Below, piece after piece: positions 25,413-37,413 of a stretch of DNA of 64,000 nucleotides (positions within the stretch are counted from its first letter, which is position 1; each line of letters begins with the position of its first letter). The notes under the pieces are model-generated. The model saw only the letters and a list, made by a program, of their open reading frames with translations. It did no database searches and was not told the DNA's origin. Source of the DNA: Cycas panzhihuaensis. Its lineage: Eukaryota > Plantae > Cycadophyta. The position numbers and the translations under genes are program-made. The stretch covers positions 233,561,741 through 233,625,740 of the forward strand of contig CM041465.1 in the NCBI GenBank assembly GCA_023213395.1, given 5' to 3'.

Positions 25413-28400
25413 TGTTAAGAATTTAACATGGAGGATGCTTAACAAGATCAATAATATCAACAGAGATCAACACAATATAATCAGAATGTATTACCATAGC
25501 AAAAGCACCAAAGACTCAATATGAGCCTTGATGATGTGATGTGTTTACATACTACCTCAACCACCTTTATATACCAAAGAGGTGGGAGACTATACATCCC
25601 AAGTAGTGCATGTGGGACAAATACCTTTGTCCTGACTAATAGCATTATACCACAAACTTGACCAATAAACTTATATCCTTTTACATAGTATTATAATGAG
25701 CTTTTGACCCTAAGACTTAGGACCATTACTTATTATCCTAGGATGCACATACATTAAACATTATTTCCAACACCTCCCCTTAATGTTTAATGTGTGAACA
25801 AATGACAATTTGACATATATTGACACTTGACATGAATTTGAGACTATAGACATTAAAGACAACATGACAAGACTGACATGACTATCAATGGACTCTAATG
25901 TACTTTATCTTCTTTGAATCTCCACCGTCTTGATCTTGGAAAGATCTTGAACACCATGTCTTAGGCATGGTCTTGGTCTTCAACCTTGTAGTGTCCTTTG
26001 AATTGATGATCCTCGGACTTTGCCTCTTTCAACTTCACACATAATTGAGAATCCAAGTAGTGAAACATGGATAATTCAGAATGATCCTGCATGTATTCAT
26101 CAAAGATATCTTCAAGGTGTCTTTCAAGCATGTCTTCTATCACCTGTTTCCTTCTCCCTGCTTCAGTATGTGAGTGACCAAAGTAGACATTAGCAATGTC
26201 ATCATTATCCAAGTGCAGCAATGAGTTGTCAACTGTTAAGACACCGTTATCCTCCCCTGAATCAATGGGCTTATTGGGACGAGTTCCTGCAAGTTGTGTG
26301 ATACACCCTGTTTTCTTTGTGTCACTCAAGAAGTTCCATGAACTAAGTACAATGAGAATCTCCATGATACTCACATGCATATACTTCCTGATTATAGATA
26401 TGCACACATGGAACATTATTTCAATCTAATTGACTTTCATAGTCAGATAACCTATCCAAAAAGTGATATGAATCCGATAAGCAAGAACCTGATGACATGA
26501 TATCCTCCTTATGTTCCTTTGAAAACAACTTTCTAGTGCCTTGTAGGATATGTCGTTATAATTTTGATCTCCTCAAAGATGAGAGTGGAGAATGTAACTG
26601 AGTTGAGGGAGATCATGGATATTTTCCAATACATGCCAATCACTGTATGACCTGTCACCATTTGAATTCTTCCTATCAACTTTTCAACACAAACTAGGAT
26701 AACATTATCCATACCTTTTGTTAGCTCATGTCTCCACGAACTATTATCTAAGGATTGATGCACGAAATTTTCAGCCTCAGTGGTTCCTTGATGAGACTTA
26801 TGGCTTTGTCACCGCTTTTCCTTTTTTTCTTCTTCAACTTCTTCCTCGATTCTTTGACCTTTTGATTCTCTCACTTGTATTTCTTGGTCCTTTTCATTCA
26901 CTTACAAGAGTTTCCAAGCATCCTCGGTAGAGTCCATATTCGTAGAACCCGAATAATAAAGTGATAGGAGGTAGGGAGGTTATCCTTATCAATGGTCGCA
27001 AGTATTACTTCAATAACAATTGCATTTTTCTTTTGAAGATTTCCTCCCATCTTCGTGAGCCATTTCAGTCCCTATGACAGTTTTCCAAAGTTTCTTCACT
27101 ACAAATAGACTTTCCATCCTAATTTTCCAAAAACGAAAATTAGTTCCAGTGTATTTGGGCAGAGGAAAGATGAGATCGATAACCAATATTCATTTATCTC
27201 AGGCACAAAAGTGATAATGTCACTTAACTCCATGATGTGCGAAGAAGTCAATCACAGCTGTAGTTCAAGTACCTCCTCAATTAACAACAACTTGTTCATT
27301 CATTTGTTTTCTACCATCAGATTATGACACAGATGTGCCCTAAATTCTTCAAGGTAAATGGCTTCAGTTAACTGGACAAGCATACCATGCAGGATTCAGT
27401 CATTACCTTGAGAAGGATGTTGCTTCAGTTGGGTGTCGCAGTCTTCCTTCAAGAAACTTCTGACAAACAGTGCTCAGATTTGGTCCCACGTCTCTCTTCT
27501 CACATACAGTTTGGTATTACGAATCATAATCTGCCTTCAGTTCATAATTTTGGTACAAATTTCACCTACTATGTTCTCTTTTTCAGCCATTTAGCTCATA
27601 GCCTGAAACCTTCAAAAGTTCATACACTAATTTTCTGGTTCACCAAAAAAAACCAGCTGCACTGTCGTCCAATTCTTAAGGCCTCCTCCCCACCAACAAT
27701 GCTCTTCAGTTTACACTATGGTTTTAGTTGTCTGGATGAGGAATGGATCCACGTTTACCTGTCCCATAAGAGTTTGAGACCAGTCGCTGGAATCCTGGCA
27801 ACTTCTACAGCACAAATTAACTTCCTAAAGAAGCGGACAGATCATAACCACGAACAGCCAGCCTGGAAAGCCTCTAGTATTCCTTCTTCACCAACTGCTC
27901 CAACAACGACTGGATCCTGTGCGCAGGTTCTTCAACCTAGAGTTACAATTTTTACATTATCCCAATACTCGACGTCAGTTCTCATCTACGTGGTATCTCC
28001 GTCTTACGATAACTTTGAATCGGATCTTCTATTCCTTTTAATCGATTGCGATGGCTACAGTATGTATACTCAGTCTCGATTTGCAGCCATAATGCTTAAC
28101 TGTAGAATTTTCATAGAGACTGTTTGCATGAAGAGTTTTCAACAGGAAGGATTCTTTGTTTGTACTTTCACTTGAGCTATAGAATTTCGAGCATAAAAAA
28201 AATGCAAAATTCTATCCCAAAAGGAACATCTTAAATATGTGTATTGAGGAGAACAGATATTCAGCCTTTATTACAGACTCAGAACACTATGATTAGAACA
28301 TCTTCTTCTCATGAAGTGACCCGCGACATGTATGCTCACCTTCACGACCAAAGTGGCATCTGGTGCTCTGAATGATCTGCCAGCACCTTCTCCTCACAGG

Positions 28401-30036
28401 TGAAAGCAACCTTTTCTGAAGTTGCAGTTATTATTTCTCTTGTTGAATCTTAATATGTATGGCGAAGGGCCTATGAAACACAGACCGTACAGACCCTGTA
28501 CATTCTTTGTGCGGATACTCCACTCCCAACACGGAAAGCCATTCTCGATCTACACAGAAGCTTTACTCGCATTACATTCAGTTTAAAAGCATTCGGGCAA
28601 ATCACTTCACCTCATACCATGGCGAGACAGTCGGACAAATAGCACAAACAACGGATCACGATCTACCATTCTTTCCAATCAAGACACACTCCAATACATC
28701 CTCGGAAAATACAAAAACCAAAAGGTCATGCCGCACTATTTCAGAGAGCACTATTTCACGCCCCGGATCGTCCGGTAGCCGGAACACCAGATCAGGCGGG
28801 AAAACCTTCTCCCATATTCCAGATTGGAGATATATAATTTGGTGCTAATCTCAAATCAAACTGTACGTTGGCAGCCTCAATGCTATCCTTGAACATGTCA
28901 TGTTGCCAAATGGCACCCTTGGTCTGGTTGAAGGACTTGCATAAGTCGTTTATTTCAGACAAAGTGGGTTTCATCTAACGGTTAACAGTCTGCATAGCAA
29001 AATTCTTACTTGCAAGGTAAAAATCCCAAGAAATTATTGCATGCACACGGAATATAAGGCCACGACACCGACCACCACCGACCACTGTACCAGAGACATT
29101 AATCGCTTAGGAAGCTCGATTTACCACGGCTCCCTTCCAAGCCAATCCTCCTGAAAATCTATCCACTTGACACCAAGAAAAAGGGTTGAACAAAAGCAAA
29201 CATTGCAAAATAATACTTCTCCAAAGCAGATCTCAAAACCAGTGTTCCTCAACAGTACCCAGAACCTGGTTTCAAATCTGTCTGGCCCTGGCTGGACTGG
29301 CATTCGCATAATAGGGTTTATGCAGAATCATGATATGAGGAGTGACAAGTGTTTTCTAGTTAACAAATAGCGAGCAGACTGCCTTTAGAACCAACAGGAA
29401 TTTAGGCCAGCATCGTATGCATCGAGTCGTCTCTTTGAACTCACCTCCTATCTCAATATCGCACAGATGATACTCACCTTTTGTACTGAGTTCGATCTTC
29501 ATATCTACTGTGGAGCTGACTCATCATCACAACCACTCAATTCTCCTCTGCCTAGCAGTGAAGCAACAAAACTAGCTGCAACCTTCCAGACATGCGGAAA
29601 AAAAGGCCTCAGCACAAGGTAATCATAACAGCCCTTCAATTTAGGAAGTCACTGTGTATCCCCTGCTCTGATACCATGTTAAGAATTTAACATGGAGGAT
29701 ACTTAACAAGATCAATAATATCAACAGAGATCAACACAATATAATCAGAATGTATTACCATAGCAAAAGCACCAAAGACTCAATATGAGCCTTGATGATG
29801 TGATGTGTTTACATACTACCTCAACCACCTTTCTATACCAAAGAGGTGGGAGACTATACATCCCAAGTAGTGCATGTGGGACAAATACCTTTGTCCTGAC
29901 TAATAGCATTATACCACAAACTTGACCAATAAACTTATATCCTTTTACATAGTATTATAATGACCTTTTGACCCTAAGACTTAGGACCATTACTTATTAT
30001 CCTAGGATGCACATACATTAAACATTATTTCTAACA
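25413..30036 (-). mobile_element. Non-autonomous copia-derived LTR element nested in the gypsy
   Basis: 360-bp LTRs 25413-25772 and 29677-30036 differing at ~4 sites, perfect TSD TCTTT, PBS TGGTATCAGAGC (29665-29676), PPT AGGGGAGG (25773-25780); interior has a Gag N-terminal relic (KYTGTNFRFWKIRMESLF...LWKTVIG, ~27070-27160) and no RT. Confidence 0.93.
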
Positions 30037-30040
30037 TCTT

Positions 30041-30358
30041 TTACACAGTGTGTACCCGACTACGTACTTTTTTTGCTACGTATAATGTAATCTTTTAACT
30101 TACTCCCCTTTGCACTGTGTGTACCTGATTGCGTACTTTTCAGGTATGTATAATGTAATTGAGCCACTTAAAAGTTATTTACACTGTGCGTACCTACCCG
30201 CGTACTTTTCAGGTACGTATAGTGTAATCCCGAGTCACTTTTTGAACTGTGCGTACTTCAATGTCTTCCCTTGGTACATATAGTGTATTTTTAAATTTTT
30301 ATCACTTTTTCAACTTGTACATACCTGGTAACATACCTTTTTGGTACGTATACTGTAT
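30041..30358. repeat. Hairpin-repeat array with variable spacers, right part (5 units, ~62-69 bp period)
   Basis: Consensus TTACACTGTGCGTACCTGATTGCGTACTTTTCAGGTACGTATARTGTAA near 30041, 30110, 30179, 30242 and 30311. Confidence 0.9.
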
Positions 30359-30589
30359 TTTGCTTGTATGTCGTTGAATTTACCTCTGATTTTTTCAGAT
30401 TATGCTGTTGTTACTTATATCAGTAATGAGTTACGGTTATTTTTTATTTTTTCCAAATTTCTTTTCTTTTTGTATCCATACTGAACTGGATCATGGCTCG
30501 GTATCAAGGCAGTTGATTGTGCCTCAACATCATGCAATACAATATGGTACAACCAGCTGATCCTGCTGGTAGGCTGGGCTACTCGATAT

Positions 30590-33420
30590 AAGGCTTGAGT
30601 CTGCTACCATTTACCCGAGTTGGTAGCAGAGGTCCGTCGATCTCTCGTCGCCGATCCATTCTCAAAAATTAGATTACTGCGATGTATGGTCCCAACCATT
30701 GCATCTTGAGTTTTCGAGTGCGTTTTGAATTTCTTTGTCATTACAACAACACTTGATCACCTTCGTTGAATTGAGGTTTCCGTAGATGGCGGTCGTGCTA
30801 TGCTTTTTGTCACCGCTTTTCCACATGTTGCAACCAGTTTGCTAAGTGTCGTTTTTCTTCCAGCCACACTAAGTCTTCCAGTCGTCGTTCCAAAGACTGG
30901 AGGTCATCTAATCGACATTGTATCGCCACTCGTAGGCTGGGTATCTCGAACTCTGTCGAAAGAATGGCTTCCGTGCCATAAACAAGCTGGAATGGAGTCT
31001 GTCTGATTGACCTTTTGTATGTCGGACGAAATGCCCATAGCACGGATGGTAACTTCTCGGCCCAATCAAATCTGCCGATGTCGCAAATCTTTCGCAAGCA
31101 ATTCTCGATTATCTTATTTGAGCTCTCTGCTTGACCATTGGCTCTCGGGTAGTATGGAGTTGATTTTTGATGGCTAATCATAAAGGCGGATGTCAACATT
31201 TCAATAGTTTGATTAAGGAAGTGGGCGCCTTGGTCACTTACGATCTCCAATGGGCATCCAAATCCCGTAATCACTACCTCATATAGAAATCTTGCTATAT
31301 TTTCTGCATCGGCTTTTCGTAATGCGCGCGCTTCCACCCATTTTGTCGTATAGTCGGTTGCTACCAGGATGTATCGAGCTTTTGATCTACGTGCCGCTAG
31401 TTTGATTGGCCCCACAAAGTCGAGCCCCCATCTCTCGAACGGTGCCAAAGGTAATATGGGATGTAACGGTTGGAAATCCTGTCGATTAGGTTTCCCCACC
31501 CGTTGGCAATAATCACATGCTTGAATCCACTTTTTGACATCTTCGAACATAGATGGCCACTAGAATCCTGACGTCAAGATCTTTCGCCATGTGGCCAATT
31601 TCCCCATGTGGCCACCTGCTACTCCATGTGCCTGCGACATGATCTGGTTTATCTCATGCTGTCGAACACAACGTCATAATACGTCGTCTGGCCCCAATTT
31701 GTACAACTCTCCACTGATAAGTTGATACGGCTCTGCTTTTCTGATGAAATTTCTCTTCCCCGTACGATCTAACTCTGCTGGTACTTCCGGTCGCTAGATA
31801 TTCTGGTATTCCCTCATACCAGTCTATTGGAACTGCTTCCACACTGAACAAAGTTGCATCTGGAAAGTCATCTGGTACCCCCGTGGCTTTTTCTCCATTT
31901 CTGATTCTCGACAACTGATCTGGAATGATATGGGCTTTGCCAGGTTTCACAATGACTTTGAAAGAAAATTCTTGAAACAACATCAACCATCTGCTGATTC
32001 TCCCTCGCATAATCGGTTTATTCACCAAATACATCAGTGCTTGGTGGTCAACGAAAAACAAGAATGGATTTGATAACAAATAGTGTCGAAACTTTTGTAA
32101 TGCATAGACCATGCCGAGTGCTTCCCTCTCTGTCATTGTATAATTTTGCTTAGCTCTCGTAAGTTTCCGACTGGCGAAGCAGATTGGATGATCCATTTTA
32201 TCGTCACTGGGTTGTGCCAATACGCTTCCAATAGCGTATTGCGACGCATCCACATGCACGTGAAAAGTTTTTTTCCAATCTGGGAACCGCAGTATAGGCG
32301 CTGCTACAATGACTTGTTTCAATGTTTTGAATGCTCGTTGCTGATCTTCTGTCCATGTCCACTCAATATTCTTTTTCAACAACTCTTCCAAGGCTCCAGA
32401 TATGTATGCATACCCTCTGATAAACTTTCTATAATATCCCGTCAAACCCAGAAAACCTTTCAGTTGTTTTCTCGTAATTGGTGTCGGAAAGTGCAAAATG
32501 GCAGACACTTTTCTTTGGATCTCGACAATCCTTCTTTGCTGACTATATGCCCTAGTAGGTTCCCAAAGGGTACCAGAAATGTATACTTTTATGGATTGAG
32601 ACACAATTTGTTTTCTCGGCACGTTTGCAACATCTCCCTCAAATTTTTCATATGATTCTTCATTAATCCATACAACGTCCAATCGTCTAGGAATACAGCA
32701 ACCTTTTCTCCAATAAACTTTCGAAAGATATTAATCACAATCCGCTGGAATGTAGCTGGTGCATTCGTAAGACCGAATGGCATCACTTTGTAGGCATACG
32801 TTCCCCGTTCTGTTACGAATGTAGTTTTTGCCTGATCTTCTAGGGCAATCTGCACTTGATTGTACCCACTTAATCCATCTGTGAAGGAATAGATCTCATT
32901 TCCCCCAACCGCTTCCAAAATATCCTCTGTAAAAGGTAACGGGAATGGATCCTTCTTTGTCACCTTATTCAACTGTCTGTAATCCATACAGACGCAAATT
33001 TTCCCATTTTTCTTGGGAACCACTACTACAGGGCTCACCCGATCAGTAGTCAATCTAAATAGATATAACCCGCTTCCAACATTTTGTCAAGTTCCGCTTT
33101 CACTTTCTCTTTGTATTTCAGATTCATCCGGTATGCCCGTTGTTTCACCGGTTTTGCGTCTTCCACTAGATCGATATGATGCATTCCTATCTCCGGAGGA
33201 ATGCCTTTCAGGTCTTTATACGACCATGCGAATACGTCACGGAATTCTTCGAATAACTGCTGGGCTTCTGCCACCGTTTGAGGATCCCAATAGTTTCCAA
33301 TTCGAATGAACTTAGGATTTTCTGAACTACCAACATTAATCTCTATAGTTTTCAACTTTGTTATACCCACATCTTCTACATTTCCGGTTTTGTGTCCCGG
33401 AGTGTCTTCTAGCTTTCTTT
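30590..33420 (-). pseudogene. Gypsy pol: RT - RNase H - integrase
   Basis: FRDVFAWSYKDL, VCMDYRQLN, MPFGLTNAPATFQ, FLDD, FHVHVDASQYAIG, ERWGLDFVGP, IVSDQGAHF, YYPRANGQAE, C-terminal WLGPY...NGSRLKPY; several frameshifts. Confidence 0.95.
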
Positions 33421-33459
33421 CTCCAACATTGAATTCTGTAAACTCTGCAGGATAATTCA

Positions 33460-34440
33460 TAACCTCTTCTTCTTCACTATGTGTAGACTCTACCTCTTCT
33501 TGATCTGCTAGGTGTTGTTCTAATTTTATACTCATTACCCTAATATGTTTAAGGATTTTGTCTATTTCTTTGTTATCCGAAGTATGCCTAAAGGTTTTTA
33601 TGAAGGATTTCTTTAGGTTTCCCCAAGTTATATCTAAGTTTTGTTCCTTCCCTAGGAACCAGTCCTTCGCTACTCTCCCCAAGGTGTGGTAGAAATAGTT
33701 AGGCCAATTCAGTTTAGGTATACTTAAGGATCTCCATTTTTGTTTACAATTCTGTATATGTTTCCTAGGATTGTGACCTACATAGAATACTGGGATGGTT
33801 AGTTGGGTTGGATGATCGAATCGTATTCAAAACATCGTTTGTAATTCTTGCCAACTCTTAAGAGTGGCTTGGTGGGATAGGTACCAATACCAAGCTCTTC
33901 CCCGTAAGGTTAGGACTAAGTCCTGCTGCCATTGGGTTTTATCCCAATTCCCATGATCCATCCAATACTCAACACAATGCGTTAAATGGGTAGTCCCATA
34001 TAACTGCTCCCCATAGGAAGGTTTCACATAGTTCCCAATATAGATGTGATGGTTTATTTCCTCTGGGATAATGACTTTACTATCTAGACCATAATCGCTA
34101 GAAGTACTTACCAGCAATCCTCCTTCCATTTCCCCAGTTTTGGCGCCAATGGTTGGAAGAGATCTGTGGCTGGGTGGGTGTACCTCTAAGGAAGAGGAAG
34201 AAGGAATATTACTTCCTTCCTCAGGTTGTAATAAGGGGTAGGGAATCTACCTCAGGACCCACGCCTGAAGTAGATGGGATGTCAGGATTACTATTAACTA
34301 CAAAAAAACTACGAAAATTATTAGGTAAACTATGGGTTGGTTGGTCTAGGTTGTTATCAATTTTTAAATTATCGTTAGTTAGCATATACTCAAAAGAATC
34401 TGAATTATTATCAATGTTTGTAGATACACTTTTAGATAGC
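33460..34440 (-). other. Extra polyprotein segment with two Gag-capsid-like modules between protease and RT
   Basis: LTLRGRAWYWYL...SWQELQTMF and HTLGRVAKDWFL...TWGNLKKSF; 33050-34129 is one frame with RT apart from a single TGA. Confidence 0.7.
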
Positions 34441-37278
34441 AAATTACATCTATAGGAAGAAGAGTTTACTTCATACGCATCCTGAAGCCAGTAATCCACG
34501 AACCTCATACCGTGTTCGTCGTCAGACGAGTTGTATATCTCTCTGAAATCTGTTGGTTCTTCTTGCTGGTGATTCTTTGATGTGGTGGGCTCTTCTGCCG
34601 TATGGTAGATATGTTCTTCCCCAATGGAAGAGAATGTTGTGTCGCTTGCTACCGTTGTGTTGGATCCTTCATCTGGAATCATTTCAATCGTGCATCTTCC
34701 CAGCATTGGCAATACCACTTTGTTGCCGCTGTCAGATAGAGTGAAGGTTACGTTTTTCCAATTCTGAAGGCATTGCGTTTTATACAACCATGGCCTTCCC
34801 AACAGTGCTGGATAGGGTGTTGCTCCTTTCTCTGTTTCCACAATCGTGAAGTCGATTCGCACCACTATCCTTGCTACATCCACTTTGATGTTGGCTAGTC
34901 TGCCCATAGGTCGTACCAATAGTTCATTCGCCAATTTCAGTGAATAGGTCGCCGCCTCCAGCTTCGGGCTTCCCAATCTACGCCATGTTGTAGTTGGTAA
35001 CACGTTCACTGCTGTGCCTCCATCAACAATTACCCGTGGGAATGTTTCCCCCAAGACTGACATGGTTACCATCGGATCCATATCGAATGATGGTATGATT
35101 TGCTTCAAACTCTTAGTAATTCCCCTCTGTAACACTCCTCCTTTGATCCAATCAATAACTTGGGACAGAGGAATAGTTAACTGAAGCTGTTTTACCAAAT
35201 TTTCCATCAATAGCAACATTCTGGGGATATCCTCTACTGGTAATCCTTTAAAAAGCTCTTCCATTTGCACCATTTGGGGTTTCGCCTTAGGTTCTTCCGG
35301 TAAATTTTCTTGTTCCTTTTGTTTATTTTTTCGTACATAGACGTATTTCGTTTCCGGTTTACCCATTGGTAATACATTCTCCTCCCAGACTAGGCCATCT
35401 AACACTTGTTTCGCTTTTCTATATCGATCCATTTGTGTCGGTGGATCTGGATATCCTTCATTCAATTTCTCTTTTTGTTTATTTTGTAACTTGACATTTT
35501 TCGTCTCCGGTATGATCGTCATCAAGTTGGTTGCTTTAGCTTTCCCTTTGCAATCCTTTGTTTTGTGGTCACTCGGGCCACGATTCTGCTCTGACGGCTT
35601 CTGTTCGTATTCTTGTTTTGTTGGGCATTCTGACTTCCAGTGCCCAAACTGTAGACAGATGAGGCATCTTCCCATTGGCGGTTTCTTCCTCGAGGGTTCT
35701 GGTGCGACCCTTGTTGTATACACATTCCGAGGTGGGTTGCCTCCCCTTCCCCGACCTCGTCCTCTGAATGCTTTTCCCCTGGGATTGTAGAAACAATCCT
35801 TAGTAGTATGTGTGTCAACATCACATATATGACACCATCTTTCTTGTTGGTGCAACGCACTGTTTTTTAAATTTAAATCACATTCCCTGGTGGTATGTGA
35901 ATCCTCTTCGCAAATGTGGCACCACTTGGTTACTCTTCCGGTGTGCTCTTTCTTTTTTTGTGTTTCCTCTTCTTCACGGTTATTCCTAATTTTCAATCTG
36001 ACCACCTCTTTTCTTAATGCCTCCAACTCCGATTCCTCTTCTGCTACCCCCACAGCGGAAGGTCGGTTATCTTGGTTTTGCTTCAGTTCTCTAATCTCGT
36101 CCTGTAACCTCAGCAGCAAGGAGTCTTGTCCTCCCGCTTGTGCGTCCATTTCCATTTCAAAATCTAAGGCTAGATTTTGAGCATTCTTGAATGATTTCAG
36201 TGGATGAGCATGCATCATGGCTCGTAACTTCTCATTCAACCCTCTTACAAAGTAATTTTTCATATTATGATCTGTTATTGTCTCATTGATCATACTAGCC
36301 GCAATAATTTTCATTCTGCTAATGTAAGTTAAGACAGATTCTCCCGGCCTTTGTTTGATTTCTCTTAACGCAATCTCCACTGCTTCATTACTGCGAAATT
36401 TCTGAAATCTCTCTTCGAATGCTTTCTTAAGTTTCACCCATGGCGCATTCTTATTTGTTTCCTTATACCACGCCAAGGGTACTCCTCTCAATGTCTGAGA
36501 ATCGTGCTTTAATTTCGTCTTAAATACGTAATTCTTTTACATCAATAAGATTTTGAAATAGATACACATGCTCGCATTGCGTCAAGTATCATTAAAAATC
36601 GGTTCCCAAAGTCTCTATAGTCATCCATTTTGGGAGATTGTAATCGCCCCCACCTGATGGTGATTTTTCCTTTCTTCCCTCCTTCGGGGATGCACTGGAA
36701 GTGACTACCGCTGTAGTATCCTTCCCAAACAGCGGATTCTTGAATGGAGTTTTGATATGTATTGGTTCCACTACGCCTGGAACTTGTATTGTCAATGGTG
36801 TTACCGTAATATAAGATTGATCAGATCCCCTTTCTGTCGAATCTTCGAAAAGCTGTCTCGTTATCTTATTCTCCCAATATGCCGAGGGACCTTCGTTCGC
36901 CTTCTTGTCGCTGTCACCTGGGTCCTTCGGGCTGTCCTCCACTGGTATACTTCCCTCTGTTAAGATCTCTTGATGTTTTTCATCCACTTTTGGTTTGCCT
37001 TCAATCTCCGGGCTAAACAAATCATCTCTGATTGGGGCTGGTGTCAATACCATGCGTTCGCCATGAGTTTCCTCCTCCTGAGGTGTCTGGGCTCCACTTG
37101 CCTCAGATCCTTCAACGGACTGTCCCTTAGTCTCGTTGTTTTGCCAACTTAACCTCCTCCCCCTTCTGAGTTTTGATTCTTTTGACCATCTTAGTGCCCT
37201 TTGTCTACTGGTCTCCTTTTCCTTGGGTGAAGTATCCTTCTGGGGCTCCTCCGACCTTAAAGGCCTCTTAGGTGGCAT
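34221..37278 (-). pseudogene. Gypsy gag - protease
   Basis: ORFs 36592-37278 and 34221-36491: LRGVPLAWY...WVKLKKAFEERF, QRPGESV, three CX2CX4HX4C knuckles, protease IVDGGTAVNVL...LLGRPWL. Confidence 0.93.
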
Positions 37279-37399
37279 TGGAAGGTCCCCTGGCTGCCGG
37301 TGGCTTAGTTACAGCCCGCCATCACGGCCTGTGGTCCTCTACCCTTTACACATACTTTTCTTTAAAACCCCTAAGCCCTGTCCCTCCTCAACGGACGTA

Positions 37400-37412
37400 G
37401 GCAACGGAACCA
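37400..37412 (-). promoter_or_regulatory. Primer-binding site complementary to tRNA-Glu
   Basis: - strand TGGTTCCGTTGCC, 1 nt from the LTR; complements the plant cytosolic tRNA-Glu 3' end GGCAACGGAACCA (recalled sequence). Confidence 0.8.
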
Positions 37413-37413
37413 A

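Noticed and set aside
30041-30358. CRISPR array
   Set aside because: Repeat-spacer look only: eukaryotic retrotransposon context, no cas genes, degenerate repeats and short AT-rich spacers; kept as a hairpin array
32146-36180. Plus-strand ORFs opposite gypsy pol/gag (and similarly opposite the LINE ORF2)
   Set aside because: Antisense shadows of long coding frames with no motifs
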